Origin: Eubacteriales bacterium
GTDB taxonomy: Bacteria; Bacillota; Clostridia; Oscillospirales; CAG-272
Direction of reading: 5' to 3'
DNA: 46,342 bases
Assembly (NCBI GenBank): GCA_045602205.1
Contig: JAZSBF010000084.1
Span: 1 to 46,342, forward strand
Of this stretch, positions 16,744-26,181 are shown one piece after another (the stretch's first letter is position 1; every line of letters begins with the position of its first letter). A program made the translations under genes and the position numbers. The notes under the pieces were generated by a model, which did no database searches, had not been told where the DNA came from, and saw nothing but the letters and a program-made list of their open reading frames with translations.

Positions 16744-18750
16744 ATGAACACTAAAAAAAGATTTAGCTCTATGATAGGCGTTTTGCTTCTGATTGCTGTT
16801 TTGGCAATTGGAGTATTTGCGTTTACTGGATGCGAAAATAAGGAGTGCGAGACTCACGATTTCGACGTTTATCCCATTACGGTAACCTGTACCTCTGCGG
16901 GAACTGTTGAGAGAGTATGCAAAAACTGTGCTTATCGTGACGTAGTGGAATCCGAGCCCTTAGGTCATGAATTCACTGATTGGCAGACAGAGAATGAGGC
17001 AACCTGCTCATCCCAAGGTCACAAGCTTCGTTATTGCAAGGTTTGCAATGAGTACGAGCACGAATATAGCGCTAAGACAGAGCACAGCGTTGAGACGTGG
17101 GCCGTCGCAAAAACACCTACCGAAGACGCGGTTGGTAAAGCATCGGGTAACTGTTCGAGTTGCTCCTATCTTGTAGAGATAGAATTGCCTAAGCTTAGCG
17201 ATACGAGCTATACGGTAGAGAATATTGACTCTGAGAGCCAAAAGTATATCTACACTACTGAAGGCGCGAACGTTGAATTTATCAACTCAAAATATACGTT
17301 CCGGGAGATATACGGTGAGGGCGGTGAGGTTATCGGATACTCAATCCGCGGCAGCCGTATCACGACAGAGGTTCTTACTCTCCCCACCAGCTATAATGGT
17401 AAGCCTGTGCTTGGTATTGACGGAGAGGGCTTCAGTTACTCAAGCTTCAAAGAACTGATTATTCCCGAGGGATATAAGTTCCTCTGCAGAAACTCATTCT
17501 ACAATCACAACGTGCCGATTGAAAAGATTACTCTTCCGAGCACTATTGAGGAGCTTGGCAAGGCACCTTGGGGCGGATCTGCCGGTAGTGCGTTCGGCGG
17601 AGTCACGAACGTTTATTACAACGGTACCGTTGAAAGCTGGTGCAACATCACGTTGCGCGGTTGGAGTGCCCCTGAGAACATCTTCTTTAAGACCGCTAAC
17701 GGTTACAGCGCGCTTACCGAGCTCACCATCCCATCTTCAATAACGGCTATCGGAAAATATCAGTTCTGCGGCTTTAAAACCATAGAAACTGTTACTATGT
17801 CTGACAGCGTAACCTCAATCGGACAAAACGCATTTTCAGGTTGCTCCTCTCTCAGAGAGATCAGACTTTCCGCAAATATCAGCGTTATTGACGAATACGC
17901 ATTCAGCTATTGCACATCGCTCTCAAGCATTGTGATTCCCGATAAGGTCACTGACATAAAATATTACGCATTCAGGAGCTGCGAGTCGCTTGCTGACGTA
18001 AAATTCTCAAGCAACAGCCGGCTTCAGACAATAGGCGCAGAAGCTTTCTATGGATGCTCTAATTTAACAAGTGTTGTTATTCCGGGAACCGTGCTTAAGG
18101 TCGGAAGAGATGCATTTGCTTATCCTTTACAAACGATATATTATATGAGAAATGCAAACGCATTTGATAATATAGAGGGTAAAAATTATCTCAATGTTTC
18201 CGGCTCAACAATTTATTATTATTCTGAAAACGTTCCAATGAACACAGAATATACTTATTGGCACTATAACGAAAACAGTACGGCAACTCTTTGGGTTCAG
18301 GGAACTGTTGTAAATGGCAAAGAATATACTTATTCTCATACCGAAACTGTCGTTACCGATCAATATTGGGGAATGCTGAAAGCAGCAGAAGCACAAGGTA
18401 TGTTGGAATTCCTCTTCCCGTCTTCTGAGCTCGGCGTAGATCTTGCTCAACAGCAAATAGAGATGGTAACGAGCAGTTCCACCAAAGCGGAGTACGAGCA
18501 AAAGCTTTGTGCGTTTAGTGCCTCGACAGGTCAGGGAGCTTCGTACAAGTTTGAAAACGGCAAGGTAACGATAGCTATAAACGGTCAGCCTCAAATTGCA
18601 ATAGATTACGTTGAATTTGACAACGTGATTTACCTTGCAAACGGTAGCCCCCTTTGCTACATAGATACGGAAAACAACTGCATCTATGAATTTAACGAAA
18701 CCGAATACAACACCGTTTGGCATTATTACGAATTGGTCTCTAATGACTAA
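16744..18750 (+). CDS. BspA-type leucine-rich repeat (LRR_5) surface lipoprotein with N-terminal Cys/His repeats
   Basis: Signal peptide and lipobox FAFTGC; three H..TC/TE..G..CxxC repeats; repeats such as LTIPSSITAIGKYQFCG, VTSIGQNAFSGCSSL, IGAEAFYGCSNLTSVVIP; RBS GGAGG. Confidence 0.88.
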   Translation: MNTKKRFSSMIGVLLLIAVLAIGVFAFTGCENKECETHDFDVYPITVTCTSAGTVERVCKNCAYRDVVESEPLGHEFTDWQTENEATCSSQGHKLRYCKVCNEYEHEYSAKTEHSVETWAVAKTPTEDAVGKASGNCSSCSYLVEIELPKLSDTSYTVENIDSESQKYIYTTEGANVEFINSKYTFREIYGEGGEVIGYSIRGSRITTEVLTLPTSYNGKPVLGIDGEGFSYSSFKELIIPEGYKFLCRNSFYNHNVPIEKITLPSTIEELGKAPWGGSAGSAFGGVTNVYYNGTVESWCNITLRGWSAPENIFFKTANGYSALTELTIPSSITAIGKYQFCGFKTIETVTMSDSVTSIGQNAFSGCSSLREIRLSANISVIDEYAFSYCTSLSSIVIPDKVTDIKYYAFRSCESLADVKFSSNSRLQTIGAEAFYGCSNLTSVVIPGTVLKVGRDAFAYPLQTIYYMRNANAFDNIEGKNYLNVSGSTIYYYSENVPMNTEYTYWHYNENSTATLWVQGTVVNGKEYTYSHTETVVTDQYWGMLKAAEAQGMLEFLFPSSELGVDLAQQQIEMVTSSSTKAEYEQKLCAFSASTGQGASYKFENGKVTIAINGQPQIAIDYVEFDNVIYLANGSPLCYIDTENNCIYEFNETEYNTVWHYYELVSND

Positions 18751-18810
18751 ATAAAGCACCTTACATGCCCACAATGTAGTTGACCATTGCATTGTGGGCG
18801 TTACTTTATT
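18749..18810 (+). terminator. Long hairpin after the LRR gene
   Basis: GCCCACAATGTAGT/ATTGCATTGTGGGC stem flanked by AATAAAG/CTTTATT. Confidence 0.55.
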
Positions 18811-18982
18811 CTTGGAGCATTTTTGTGTTTTCGATAATGAGGTAAAGTCCCTGAGGTAATTACTTTTAGTACTGTTGATGAGTTGATTTTGTTTTTTGAA
18901 GCTAAATTTATTTGTCTTGTAATATCTATTTCTCGCCACACATTCGGCAAGGGCTAAAAAACGCACAAGCTGAACTGATATG

Positions 18983-19020
18983 AAAAAGTCTTGTAGAATA
19001 TAATTCTGCAAGGCTTTTTC
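18983..19020. terminator. Bidirectional terminator-like hairpin resembling the one after guaA
   Basis: AAAAAGTCTTGTAGAAT-ATA-ATTCTGCAAGGCTTTTT. Confidence 0.6.
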
Positions 19021-19195
19021 CATTTGTTGATTTTTGGTTTTTCTATTGAAAACAGAGCAAAAACATGGTATAATCAAGCCGTCAGCTCTACAACAATTAC
19101 AAGAGGTGCTATGTAAACGCTATACACACAAAAGAGCCTATTTCGTAATTTTAATTACAGTGCACCGTCACAAATATTTCAGGGGGAGCGCTTTT

Positions 19196-20023
19196 ATGTA
19201 CAACAAGGTCTATATAGAAATAACCAACATATGCAATATGAAGTGCTCTTTTTGTCACGGTCACAAAAGAGCGCCAAGGAGAATGAGCACAGATGAGTTC
19301 TCTCTCATTCTCGATAAGCTTACAGACCAGACGAAATATGTCTATTATCATTTAATGGGCGAACCGCTTACACACCCAAATCTTGCCGAATTTATAAAAC
19401 TGGCAAAGGATCGCGGATACAAGTCGATAATCACCACCAACGGAACTCTCCTGAAGAGCCGAGGCGACGAGATTTTATCCGCAGGCGTTCACAAAGTAAA
19501 CCTTTCTCTGCACAGCTTTGAGAATGGAAGCGACGAGGAGCATACCCAGTACGTACGCGAGCTCGCGCAATTTTCAAAGCTTGCCGCCGAGCAAGGAACT
19601 ATCGTGGTTTTCCGCCTTTGGAACAAGGGAGCTGACGGCGGGCTGAACGAAAACTCGCTCAAAACTCTCAAGAAAGAGATATCGGGAGTCTGGTCGGAAA
19701 ATTCACGAGGTATCAAAATACGCGACAATACATATCTTGAATGGGGAGAGCGCTTTGAGTGGCCCGACGAAAATGCCGAAATTAAGGGCAACAAATTTTT
19801 CTGCTACGGCCTCAAGGATCAATTCGGTATCCTTGCAGACGGTACGGTAGTCCCCTGCTGTCTTGACAGCGACGGCATAATAAATCTTGGCAATATATTT
19901 AATGAGGATATCGAATCTATCCTCAATTCCAAACGGGCTTTGGATATAGTCGATGGATTTAAGTGCGGAAAAGCATCTGAGGAGCTGTGCAAAAAATGCG
20001 GCTATGCGCAAAAATTTGTTTGA
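19196..20023 (+). CDS. Radical SAM protein with SPASM/twitch domain
   Basis: CNMKCSFC (CxxxCxxC), MGEPL, TTNGT and C-terminal CYG...PCC...CKKC; start ATG 19196 after GGGGGAG; promoter TTGAAA-17-TATAAT at 19046-19074. Confidence 0.88.
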   Translation: MYNKVYIEITNICNMKCSFCHGHKRAPRRMSTDEFSLILDKLTDQTKYVYYHLMGEPLTHPNLAEFIKLAKDRGYKSIITTNGTLLKSRGDEILSAGVHKVNLSLHSFENGSDEEHTQYVRELAQFSKLAAEQGTIVVFRLWNKGADGGLNENSLKTLKKEISGVWSENSRGIKIRDNTYLEWGERFEWPDENAEIKGNKFFCYGLKDQFGILADGTVVPCCLDSDGIINLGNIFNEDIESILNSKRALDIVDGFKCGKASEELCKKCGYAQKFV

Positions 20024-20168
20024 AAATTTTCTCTTGTTGAATCCAAAAAGTTCCAAAAAACATTTTGGACATTTTTTACTTTAAAATATTAATTTTTTAT
20101 TGACAAATACGGAAAAATGTGCTATCATCAATTTGGTTTCAAAATTTATTTTTTATAAGGAGAAAAAT

Positions 20169-20846
20169 ATGAAAAAGCTTAAGTTTTTGTTCAAGGATGC
20201 CTCCCAGAAGGGTCGTATTCTGGCAATCATTGCTATGGCAATGGGAGTTCTGTTCATCGCTCTCGCATTCATCGGCGCTAACAGTGCCATTAATAACGAG
20301 ATCACAAAGCTGCCCTTCATTTCTATGCTGGGCGGAGAGGCCGTTGATGAAATTGAAGACGCAATGGACGAAGCGTTGGACGCTATTGACGAGGTTATCG
20401 CAGAAAGCGATGATGAGATGATCGAGGCGCTCGAAGATGAATTTGGTCTTTCCGTAAAAGACATCAGAAAAACATTGGATCCTCTTTCCCTCAAGAACCT
20501 TTCAACTCTGTTCGATATTATGGCTGACAAGATCAATATGCCTAACATAATCGCTGCCGTTATTACTGTTATCAACGGTTATGCTTGGGTGATCGCAATT
20601 ATCACACTCTTGGCTACCGTATTCTTGAAGAAGGGCTTGCTGATATTCGGTTACATAGTTTCCTGCCCGTTCTTCCTTATATTCGCAGGCATGCCCTCTT
20701 TCATAATCGCAACTATCGCGTTTATAGTTTTCTTGGTACTTACCACGATGTGCAACAAGGAGTACAAAGATTACCAGCTCACACTTCGCGCAGAAGAGCT
20801 TATAGAGAAAACAAAGTCTATTGAAGAAGAAAAGGTTGCCGAGTAA
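20169..20846 (+). CDS. Hypothetical membrane protein (N-terminal TM, acidic helical loop, ~3 C-terminal TMs)
   Basis: RBS AAGGAG, host-like codon usage, promoter TTGACA-17-TATCAT (20100-20128) and its own terminator. Confidence 0.8.
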   Translation: MKKLKFLFKDASQKGRILAIIAMAMGVLFIALAFIGANSAINNEITKLPFISMLGGEAVDEIEDAMDEALDAIDEVIAESDDEMIEALEDEFGLSVKDIRKTLDPLSLKNLSTLFDIMADKINMPNIIAAVITVINGYAWVIAIITLLATVFLKKGLLIFGYIVSCPFFLIFAGMPSFIIATIAFIVFLVLTTMCNKEYKDYQLTLRAEELIEKTKSIEEEKVAE

Positions 20847-20870
20847 TAACTCTTTCCAACGTATTTTCAT

Positions 20871-20910
20871 AAAAGGCAGAGACTCTTGCAAAAGAGTCTC
20901 TGCTTTTTGT
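20871..20910 (+). terminator. Intrinsic terminator
   Basis: GGCAGAGACTCTT-GCAA-AAGAGTCTCTGCT followed by TTTT. Confidence 0.85.
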
Positions 20911-21240
20911 TTTCGAGCGTCATTTTTATTGTATTGTATTTTTTATCACATATCATCACAAACAGTTGGCTATATCATTGCGTTTTACGACTATTTGTTA
21001 TATTTTAAAACGCAAATTTGCCATTTTTGCACTCGATAAACCGTATTTTTGCCCCATATCTCACCCTAAAAAATATCACAAAAACAAATACCTTCTATCC
21101 TATGTGATTATATAAATCAGAAAAAATTAATATAAATGCAAATAATCCTTGACTTTAGGAAGTTAATGTGATAATATATAATGTAGAAAATTGACAAACC
21201 TCGTTTGTCGATAAAAAATTTTATTTTGAGGTGAATAACC

Positions 21241-22428
21241 ATGAAAAAAACAATTTGCAAAGTCCTTGCGCTCTGCATCTGTCTCACTATGGTTGCAGCT
21301 TGCTTTGTAGGATGCGGCAAAAAAGACGATGTAATCACAATCGGACTTACAGGCCCCCTTACCGGCGGTGCGTCTATCTACGGTATCGCAGTAAGAAACT
21401 CCGCTCAGCTTGCTGTTGACGAGATCAACGAGGCAGGCGGTCTTAACGGCGTTAAGTTTGCACTTGACATGCGTGATGACCAGCACAACCCCGAAAACGT
21501 TGCTAACCTTTACACCGGTCTCATAGAGGACGGCATGCAGGTATCTCTCGGAACCGTTACCACAAAGCCCGGTCTCGAGTTCAAGAGCCTCTCTAAAGAG
21601 GACAACGTATTCTTCCTCACACCTTCCGCAACAGGCGATGCTATCCCCGAGTTTGCTAACGGCTACCAGATGTGCTTTGCTGACTCCAATCAGGGTACAG
21701 CTGCAGCTAAGTTCTTCAACGAGAACTACGTTGGCAAGAAGGTAGGTATCTTCTTCAAGGCTGACGACGAATACTCAACAGGTATAAACAAGAACTTCAA
21801 AGACAATCTTGCAGAATCCTTCAAGGCTGGTCTCGTTGAAGCAAGCTTCACAGGCGAGGCTTCCACTTTCGATTCTCAGATCGCTCTTCTCAAGGATTGC
21901 GAAATAGTATTTATGCCTATCTACTACACTCCCGCATCCCAGTTCATGACTCAGGCAAAGAACGTTGAAAATAAGATAACAACATACTACGGCTGCGACG
22001 GATTTGACGGTATCGACGCTATCGAGGGCTTCGACATCAATTCGATTCCTCAGGAAGTAAGTATGCTTTCTCACTTCAACTCCACAGCAACAGAAGGACC
22101 TGCTGCTGACTTCATAAAGAAGTACAACGACAAGTACGATGAGGCAAAAGAGCCCCTCAACCAGTTCGGTGCTGCTGCTTACGACTGCGTATACGCAATC
22201 TACGAGGCACTCAAGGTTGCAGTTGCAAACGGTAAAGAGGTTGACGCAGACACATCCGCTTCCGATATGTGCGAAATACTCAAGGAAGTATTCAACAGCG
22301 ACACATTCGAGTTCAGAGGAATTACCGGTAAGTGTGACGGTAACGAAAAGTCTCACATCAGCTGGAGCAATGACGGAACAGTCGTTAAGGAAGCTATAAA
22401 GTACATCGTTAAGGAAAAGAACGCGTAA
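21241..22428 (+). CDS. livK: Branched-chain amino acid ABC transporter substrate-binding lipoprotein
   Basis: Lipobox FVGC; IGLTGPLTGGASIYG, AVDEINEAGGLNG, CFADSNQG, AAAYDCVY. Confidence 0.9.
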   Translation: MKKTICKVLALCICLTMVAACFVGCGKKDDVITIGLTGPLTGGASIYGIAVRNSAQLAVDEINEAGGLNGVKFALDMRDDQHNPENVANLYTGLIEDGMQVSLGTVTTKPGLEFKSLSKEDNVFFLTPSATGDAIPEFANGYQMCFADSNQGTAAAKFFNENYVGKKVGIFFKADDEYSTGINKNFKDNLAESFKAGLVEASFTGEASTFDSQIALLKDCEIVFMPIYYTPASQFMTQAKNVENKITTYYGCDGFDGIDAIEGFDINSIPQEVSMLSHFNSTATEGPAADFIKKYNDKYDEAKEPLNQFGAAAYDCVYAIYEALKVAVANGKEVDADTSASDMCEILKEVFNSDTFEFRGITGKCDGNEKSHISWSNDGTVVKEAIKYIVKEKNA

Positions 22429-22452
22429 TCGGCGTAAGATTTTAATATTAGC

Positions 22453-22496
22453 GAGAAACAATTACCTACGCAGCAATGCGTAGGCAATTGTTTCTT
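22453..22496 (+). terminator. Intercistronic hairpin after livK (partial terminator or mRNA stabiliser)
   Basis: GAGAAACAATTACCTACGCA-GCAA-TGCGTAGGCAATTGTTTCTT. Confidence 0.65.
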
Positions 22497-22525
22497 AAAA
22501 AGTGTTGATAGTAAAGGAAATTACT

Positions 22526-23392
22526 ATGGAATTTTTAACCACATTTGTAAACGGTTTGAGCCTTGGCGGTATCTACGCTATGATAGCGCTTGGATATACC
22601 ATGGTTTACGGAATCGCCAAAATGCTCAATTTTGCGCACGGCGATGTAATAATGGTAGGCGGATACGCTATTCTACTCTTTTTGCCTATAAACCCTATCG
22701 TTGCCATAGTTGCGGCTACAATATTCTGTATCCTGCTCGGAATCGTTATTGAAAAACTTGCTTACAAGCCTCTGCGCGGCTCGTCTCCTCTCGCCGTACT
22801 CATTACAGCGATAGGCGTCAGCTACCTCTTACAGAGCATTGCGCAGATGATATTCGGATCTGCTCCGAAATTTATCACCATAGCTAATTTGGGTATTCTT
22901 AAGATAGGCGGACTTTCGATAGGATATTCCACAATAATAACTCTCATCGCTTCGGTGGTAGTTATGATAGCACTAAGCGTTTTTGTTAAATTTTCCAAAA
23001 CCGGACGCGCTATGGTCGCGGTATCGGAAGATAAAGGCGCAGCTCAGCTTATGGGCATAAACGTAAACAACATAATTATGATAACCTTTGCGATCGGCTC
23101 GGCTCTCGCAGCTCTCGCAAGTGTTTTCTTCTTACTTAAAGCTCCCACGATGACTCCTACGTTCGGTTCGCTCCCCGGCATCAAAGCGTTCACTGCGGCA
23201 GTTATCGGCGGTATAGGCTCTATTCCCGGTGCTATGCTTGGAGGTCTCTTGCTCGGTGTTATCGAGTGCTTCGCGCAGGCAGTTCCCGCAATATCGCCTT
23301 ATACAGATGCTATCGAGTTTTCAATTTTGATAATACTTCTTCTCGTTAAGCCCTCAGGCTTACTTGGCAAGATGAGAAGGGAGAAAGTATAA
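22526..23392 (+). CDS. livH: Branched-chain amino acid ABC transporter permease
   Basis: ALGYTMVYGIAKMLNFAHG, GRAMVAVSED, AAVIGGIGSIPGA; start ATG 22526. Confidence 0.92.
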   Translation: MEFLTTFVNGLSLGGIYAMIALGYTMVYGIAKMLNFAHGDVIMVGGYAILLFLPINPIVAIVAATIFCILLGIVIEKLAYKPLRGSSPLAVLITAIGVSYLLQSIAQMIFGSAPKFITIANLGILKIGGLSIGYSTIITLIASVVVMIALSVFVKFSKTGRAMVAVSEDKGAAQLMGINVNNIIMITFAIGSALAALASVFFLLKAPTMTPTFGSLPGIKAFTAAVIGGIGSIPGAMLGGLLLGVIECFAQAVPAISPYTDAIEFSILIILLLVKPSGLLGKMRREKV

Positions 23393-23394
23393 TT

Positions 23395-24426
23395 ATGAAA
23401 AAATTAAGCAATATGAAGTGGACGCGCAACCTCAACTATTTGATAGTCGGCGCGATCATGTTAATTCTTGTGGTACTTTCTTTCTGTGGGGCGCTTAAGA
23501 CCTCAACCATCTATCTGCTCGAGGAGATATCCATAAAAATAGTTCTTGCCCTCTCTCTTAGTCTCGTAGTGGGCTTTTTGGGTGAGCTTTCTCTCGGACA
23601 CGCCGGATTTATGTGCGTAGGAGCATACCTTGGCGGCAAGGTATCCGCGATGCTCGTAGCCCCGCTTGGAAACGGCATTCTCACTCTTATCATAGCACTT
23701 GCTGTCGGCGGTGCTTGCGCGGCAGCATGCGGATTTCTTATCGGTCTTCCCGCCCTTCGACTCCGCGGTGACTATCTGGCGATCACAACTCTCGCATTCG
23801 GTGAAATAGTAAGAACTATATTCCAAAATACAAGTGAGAACACCTTTGGCGGTCCTGTTGGACTCGCAACCCCCAGATTTGATAAATCTTATTTCTATCT
23901 AATATGCTTTGCAGTGGTATTCATAACCCTCTTCATTATTCAGAGCCTTATCCGAAGCAAGCACGGACGCGCAATAAAGGCAATACGTGACAACGAGATA
24001 GCCGCAAAAGCTACCGGTATAAACGTCACAAGATATAAGCTTATAGGCTTTATACTCTCGGCTGCCTTTGCAGGACTCGCAGGTGTACTTTACAGCTATA
24101 CAAAGTTCAATGTCTCCAGCCAGATATTCGACTATAACTACTCTATCGAGATACTCGTTATCGTCGTTCTCGGCGGCATGGGAAGCATAAACGGTTCTAT
24201 GATATCGGCAGTTCTCGTAACCCTTCTTAACAGAGTTCTCGCAAACACTCTTACAGGTGAGAGAGCACTCCTTAAGGATATTATTTACGCGCTCGTTCTT
24301 ATAGCAATAGTTATCTATAACAACGCGCCCGCACTCAAAACCTTCAGAGAAAACCACAACTTGAAAAATTTCTTTTCAAAAAAGAAAAAGGCTCCCGACA
24401 AGACTGAGCAGAAGGAGGTAGCGTGA
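23395..24426 (+). CDS. livM: Branched-chain amino acid ABC transporter permease
   Basis: GELSLGHAGF, LRLRGDYLAITTLAFGE, GRAIKAIRDNE. Confidence 0.92.
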   Translation: MKKLSNMKWTRNLNYLIVGAIMLILVVLSFCGALKTSTIYLLEEISIKIVLALSLSLVVGFLGELSLGHAGFMCVGAYLGGKVSAMLVAPLGNGILTLIIALAVGGACAAACGFLIGLPALRLRGDYLAITTLAFGEIVRTIFQNTSENTFGGPVGLATPRFDKSYFYLICFAVVFITLFIIQSLIRSKHGRAIKAIRDNEIAAKATGINVTRYKLIGFILSAAFAGLAGVLYSYTKFNVSSQIFDYNYSIEILVIVVLGGMGSINGSMISAVLVTLLNRVLANTLTGERALLKDIIYALVLIAIVIYNNAPALKTFRENHNLKNFFSKKKKAPDKTEQKEVA

Positions 24427-24427
24427 T

Positions 24428-25225
24428 ATGGCAGACGTAAAGAAGATATACGCTGAGGACGGACGAGAGATAGTCCTCAAAGCCGATCACCTCTGTATTC
24501 AGTTCGGTGGTCTTAAAGCGGTCGACGACGTAAACATTGAAATAAAGCAGGGTGAGCTTTACGGTCTTATCGGACCTAACGGAGCTGGAAAAACCACCGT
24601 ATTCAATCTTTTGACAGGCGTTTATAAGCCTACGTCGGGAAGATTTTATCTTTGCGGTGAGGACCTTACAGGTAAAGCTCCCGCAGAGGTCAATAAAAAG
24701 GGAATCGCAAGAACCTTCCAGAACATTCGTCTTTTCTCAAACCTCACGGTAATAGAAAACGTTATGGTAGGACTTGCTAACCAAATTCCCTGCTCTCTCC
24801 CCGAATCTATTTTCCGTCTTCCCAGACACAAAAAGTCAGAACGCGAGTTTTATGAACGCGCACTCGAGCTCTTAAAGGTATTTAAGCTCGACGAATATAA
24901 AGACTATCTTGCCGCAAATCTTCCCTACGGTAAGCAGAGAAAGCTTGAGATAGCGAGAGCTATGGCTACAAATCCAAAGCTTCTCCTTCTCGATGAGCCC
25001 GCTGCGGGAATGAACCCGAACGAGACACAGGAGCTTATGGACGTTATAACCTTTATCCGTAAAGAGTTTAATATGACAATTCTTCTTATCGAGCACGATA
25101 TGCGCCTCGTTGGAGGAATTTGTGAAAAGCTCACAGTTCTTAACTTTGGCACAGAGCTTGCCAAGGGTGAGACCTCTGCTGTTCTCAACAACCCCGACGT
25201 AATCAAGGCATACATCGGCGAATAA
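24428..25225 (+). CDS. livG: Branched-chain amino acid ABC transporter ATP-binding protein
   Basis: GPNGAGKTT, ARTFQNIRLF, LPYGKQRKLEIARA, LDEPAAGMN. Confidence 0.93.
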   Translation: MADVKKIYAEDGREIVLKADHLCIQFGGLKAVDDVNIEIKQGELYGLIGPNGAGKTTVFNLLTGVYKPTSGRFYLCGEDLTGKAPAEVNKKGIARTFQNIRLFSNLTVIENVMVGLANQIPCSLPESIFRLPRHKKSEREFYERALELLKVFKLDEYKDYLAANLPYGKQRKLEIARAMATNPKLLLLDEPAAGMNPNETQELMDVITFIRKEFNMTILLIEHDMRLVGGICEKLTVLNFGTELAKGETSAVLNNPDVIKAYIGE

Positions 25226-25249
25226 ATCTCAAGAAAGGAACTTTTATAT

Positions 25250-25966
25250 ATGTCAGAACATTTACTTGAAGTAAAAGATCTTGAGGTGTATTACGGCGTT
25301 ATCAACGCCCTCAAAGGAATATCCTTCTACGTCGATAAGGGCGAGATCGTCTCTCTTATCGGTGCAAACGGTGCAGGAAAGACAACCACGCTTCACACGA
25401 TCACAGGTCTTATCCGTCCCAAAAACGGTTCGATAATCTACAAGGGCACAGACCTTCGCCATACCCCCGCACACAAGATAGTTTCTATGGGAATGTGTCA
25501 CGTACCAGAGGGAAGACGAATATTCCAAAACCTCACGGTGTACGAAAATCTTTTGATGGGAGCATATTCTCAGAAGGATAAGAATAAAATAGCTGAGAAC
25601 CTTAAATATGTTTTCGAGCAATTCCCGCGTCTTGAAGAAAGACGCAAACAGCTTGCGGGAACTCTTTCGGGCGGTGAGCAGCAGATGCTTGCAATGGGCC
25701 GTGCGCTTCTCTCAAATCCCGATCTGATAGTTCTTGACGAGCCCTCGATGGGACTCTCCCCTCTCCTCGTATCCGAAATATTTGATATAATCAAAACACT
25801 CCGCGACGCAGGAAAGACTGTCCTTCTCGTTGAACAGAACGCAAAGAAAGCGATGTCTATATCGGATAGAGTCTACGTGCTCGAAACGGGTAGCATCTCA
25901 ACCGAGGGAAAAGCTTCGGACCTCATAAACGACGAACGTATCAAAAAAGCTTATTTGGGTGAATAA
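25250..25966 (+). CDS. livF: Branched-chain amino acid ABC transporter ATP-binding protein
   Basis: GANGAGKTT, VPEGRRIF, LSGGEQQMLAMGRAL, LDEPSMGL, LLVEQN. Confidence 0.93.
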   Translation: MSEHLLEVKDLEVYYGVINALKGISFYVDKGEIVSLIGANGAGKTTTLHTITGLIRPKNGSIIYKGTDLRHTPAHKIVSMGMCHVPEGRRIFQNLTVYENLLMGAYSQKDKNKIAENLKYVFEQFPRLEERRKQLAGTLSGGEQQMLAMGRALLSNPDLIVLDEPSMGLSPLLVSEIFDIIKTLRDAGKTVLLVEQNAKKAMSISDRVYVLETGSISTEGKASDLINDERIKKAYLGE

Positions 25967-25990
25967 TATTTGTTTTTTAATTCAATGCTA

Positions 25991-26019
25991 TTGACAAAAA
26001 GGCTTTTTTATGGTAATAT
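25991..26019 (+). promoter_or_regulatory. Sigma-A promoter for the riboswitch-ATPase unit
   Basis: TTGACA, 17 bp spacer, TG-n-TAATAT. Confidence 0.75.
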
Positions 26020-26025
26020 TACTAT

Positions 26026-26143
26026 AACATCGTGAGGGAGTAGTAACACGTAAGTGTGATAAGTCAACATCCTGACCGCAAGGTCTGGCTTATCTTAATA
26101 TACGAGACTCATGTACGCCTTAAGTACATGAGTCTCGTTTTTT
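26026..26143 (+). ncRNA. yybP-ykoY (Mn2+) riboswitch with overlapping terminator
   Basis: GAGGGAGTAG, GTCAACAT, CTGGC and GAGAC motifs. The P1 3' strand (CTCAT) overlaps the terminator CGAGACTCATGTAC...GTACATGAGTCTCG-TTTTTT. It sits upstream of a P-type IIA ATPase, a known context for this riboswitch. Confidence 0.88.
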
Positions 26144-26181
26144 ATCACAAAAAACATACGCAAAACGCAGAAAGGAAGCTT

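Noticed and set aside
16744-18750. Diversity-generating retroelement target or phage gene
   Set aside because: No reverse transcriptase, template repeat or phage genes are in the window.
18205-19077. 290-aa minus-strand ORF spanning the LRR gene end and the intergenic region
   Set aside because: It is antisense to the LRR gene, runs through hairpins and a promoter, and has no protein-like motifs.
20940-21240. Repeated ATCACA/TGTGAT words and a weak CodY-like site upstream of livK
   Set aside because: The spacing does not form a consistent operator, and the best CodY match I found is only about 9/15 in AT-rich DNA.
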